Shown: in pieces, positions 57,860-60,000 of the stretch
Numbering within the stretch: position 1 is the stretch's first letter
Layout: each line of letters begins with the position of its first letter
From: Felis catus
Taxonomy: Eukaryota
DNA length: 60,000 nt
Direction: 5' to 3'
NCBI RefSeq assembly: GCF_018350175.1
Contig: NC_058369.1
Location: 18,230,001-18,290,000, forward strand
Notes under the pieces: model-generated
Seen by the model: the letters and a program-made list of their open reading frames with translations, nothing else
Told to the model about the DNA's origin: nothing
Database searches by the model: none
Made by a program: the position numbers and the translations under genes

Positions 57860-59040
57860 GAACGAGCAATCTCGCCCGCCTCTTAGAGGAGCGGAACCGC
57901 AAGACTGCAAAGCCGGTTGGTTTCTCCCCAGGCCTAGGCCATGGCGGTCCGGGGACGTCACCAGAGCAGGAAGGGCCCAACCCACAACCTTCCTCACACT
58001 GCGAGCCGCCCGCCAGCTCGCCGCCGCTCCACGCAGCAGAGGTGTCCCGCGCGTCCTCGCGGCGGCGGCGCAGCCGCCACCCAACAGCGGGGCGCGCGCC
58101 CCGAAGCCGGGGGTCGCGGGCGGGCGCGCGCCACAGAAAGCCGCTCTTGCCCAAGGGCCGCAGCTCCAGGAGCCGAGATATCCGGACCGGGAACGCGCAC
58201 GTCGGCGGCCACGCGCACCGGGAGGGCCGCACAGCGCGCGCGCGCCCGTGTATAAACAGGGCCGAGCGCGCCCGAGCACCAGTGCGCGTTCGCGCGCCGC
58301 GCCCACCCGAGTCCCCGACCTGCCTCTCTTACACCCCACAAGGGGCGGGGGCGCGCGAGCCCAGGGACATTCTCCACTCCGGAGCCGCCCCGAGGTCTCT
58401 TGGGCCCAGAAGCAGCGGCCCGCCCGCCCCCGCCCGCCGTTGTGTGGGGTGGGCCCGCTGTCTCAGGCCCGCAGGTTCGCCGCATCCCTGCCCCCACTGC
58501 AGCCCTCACCCGGCGACGTCGTCGTCGCCGCCGCCGCCGCCGCTCTACCCGCCGGCCCCACCGCACCGCTGGGGGCCCCGGTTCCGCCGTCGCCGCTCCA
58601 AGATCGACAGGATTTTCCCCTCACAGCTCCCTGGGCGCCATCTTACATTCAACCCTCACAGCCAATGGGTGCCGAATGCCCCTCTCGCGATAACTGAAGC
58701 GTCGGATCCCGCGAGAGTTGAGGCTGCCTCCTGGCCAAACTTAAAGGGAACGCTACTGCCGAGGCTAGAGGCCTGGCCTCGGGCCCCAGAAACCGCAAGA
58801 AGAGCCTGGAGTGTAGGGCGGAGCGCCCCGCCCTCGGACGCCCCTCCGTGCTGGGCGGAGCCAGGGCCGGAGATTGGCCTGGAGTTGGAGCCTGGGCTGG
58901 TTGGGGCTTGAAGCTTGCTCTCTGGACCAACCTTCAGCAGCCATCCCAGGCCTCCTTCAGTTGCGCAGCCCCACGTGGGGCGGGGCCCGGTCTCTTGCTT
59001 AAGGTAGCGCCCATAGCCCCAGATCTAGGCCCTGCGCCCC
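57860..59040 (-). promoter_or_regulatory. QRICH1 CpG-island promoter
   Basis: Very CpG-rich; CCAAT at 58662-58666; CGCG elements TCTCGCGATA (58683-58692) and TCCCGCGAGA (58707-58716); several GC boxes. Confidence 0.85.
58510..58650 (-). other. QRICH1: QRICH1 non-coding exon 1 (TSS approximate)
   Basis: Donor GG|GTGAGG at 58509-58504; YY1-type AAGATGGCGC at 58635-58644; GGC/GAC triplet run at 58518-58543. Confidence 0.7.
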
Positions 59041-59896
59041 CATACCATAATGCTACCTGGTAAGGCCTTAGTCACTCTCCAGCAGGAGTCCTTAACATTT
59101 GGGAACCCCCTCTTCAATCTGCTGTCATCCTAATCCAGCCTTCCGCAACCCAGTCCACCTTAAAGCAGGCCTTGGGTAGGCTTGTGTTTGTATACAGGGA
59201 AAATGTGGAGGGTGTTAAAGCTGCAGGCACACGTGGGCCTCACTTGTAGCCCACACTGCCCCAGAGGGCAACCATTCTCCTGTAGACTTCCTTTAAAGGG
59301 CCTCAGGGCCCTTGCACTTGTTTCTCCTGCCCTGGCAAACATCTTGGTCCTTAGGGGTTCCCTAAGGAGTCACTTCTTGAGAGTAGTCTGAAGCACAGAT
59401 TTGGGTCAGGAATTTCCTCCAGCCTTGCAGTCCCCAGGGAGATCTCTCTTGCACAGTGCCTAGCCACCCTCTGTCTCCCCAACTAGGTGGTCATCTTAGA
59501 AGGCAAACCACAGAAGTCTTCCTCGTCTCATTGTGCCTGGCACATAGTAGATACTCGATAATTATTTGCTGAATGACTGGATGGAGAACCAAGTCTGTTT
59601 TCATCTGCCTAGGCACACAGGCAGACACAAACCTTCCAGATCCTTCTAGCACAAGGTTCCTAACAGTGGAACAACACCCAGATCCTGCCAGTGCCTCAGA
59701 CCAGATGCAGAGGATTTCAAATCAGGCAGGCCCAGGCGCCTGCCCTTGAGCGCTAGAAATGCAACAGTGGTTTCAGAGCTGTCCGTATTGCTCAGTGTGC
59801 ATTGCACCTCCTCCCTACCCCCAGCAAATCTCTAAGGTCCTCAGAGATTGGAAGTGCAGACAGATAACACACAGACTCCAGGGAATTTAGCTGTTC

Positions 59897-59902
59897 TTTA
59901 TT
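59897..59902 (-). terminator. QARS1 polyadenylation signal AATAAA
   Basis: TTTATT on + strand, about 65 nt after the stop. Confidence 0.8.
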
Positions 59903-59968
59903 GACATGGAGTCTGGGTACCCCTAGCTTCCAGAAGGATGAGGTAGGTCCATGAGGCTTCCTTACAGC

Positions 59969-60000
59969 TCACACCTTTCCTGGGTCCTCCTTCAGTGTGA
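59969..60000 (-). CDS. QARS1: Glutaminyl-tRNA synthetase, last codons (gene continues beyond the window)
   Basis: Minus strand reads TLKEDPGKV-TGA, the QARS1 C-terminus; expected synteny upstream of QRICH1. Confidence 0.88.
   Translation of the reverse strand, partial: TLKEDPGKV

Noticed and set aside
57645..58911. Long overlapping ORFs (350, 289, 190 aa) in the QRICH1 CpG island
   Set aside because: They are low-complexity Arg/Pro/Ala/Gly translations open in several frames on both strands, as expected from stop-poor GC-rich DNA; no recognisable domain.

Overview
Mammalian genomic DNA, very likely from a felid given the abundant cat-type CAN-SINEs. It matches the conserved NDUFAF3-IMPDH2-QRICH1-QARS1 block (human 3p21.31 gene order). 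Three genes were reconstructed by hand with GT-AG splice sites and intact frames: NDUFAF3 (+, 5 exons, 184 aa), IMPDH2 (-, 14 exons, 514 aa) and QRICH1 (-, 9 coding exons, 779 aa, plus a non-coding first exon in a CpG island). The last codons and polyA signal of QARS1 (-) lie at the right edge. QRICH1 introns are filled with SINEs, L1/L2/MIR fragments, Tigger DNA transposons, an LTR and a TMEM14C-like processed pseudogene. The most notable observations are: (1) a tailless 5S rRNA copy with a 19-bp direct repeat, nested in an L1 3' end that is itself nested in a SINE; (2) a near-perfect head-to-head SINE pair whose spacer is made only of the two target-site duplications; (3) an in-frame 72-nt IMPDH2 cassette exon next to the catalytic loop, with downstream splicing motifs; (4) QRICH1 uORFs and a candidate uORF-bearing 5'UTR exon; (5) several L1 mechanistic signatures (3' transduction, twin-priming inversion, SINE-L1 chimera). 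Repeat family names and boundaries were recognised by eye and are approximate.
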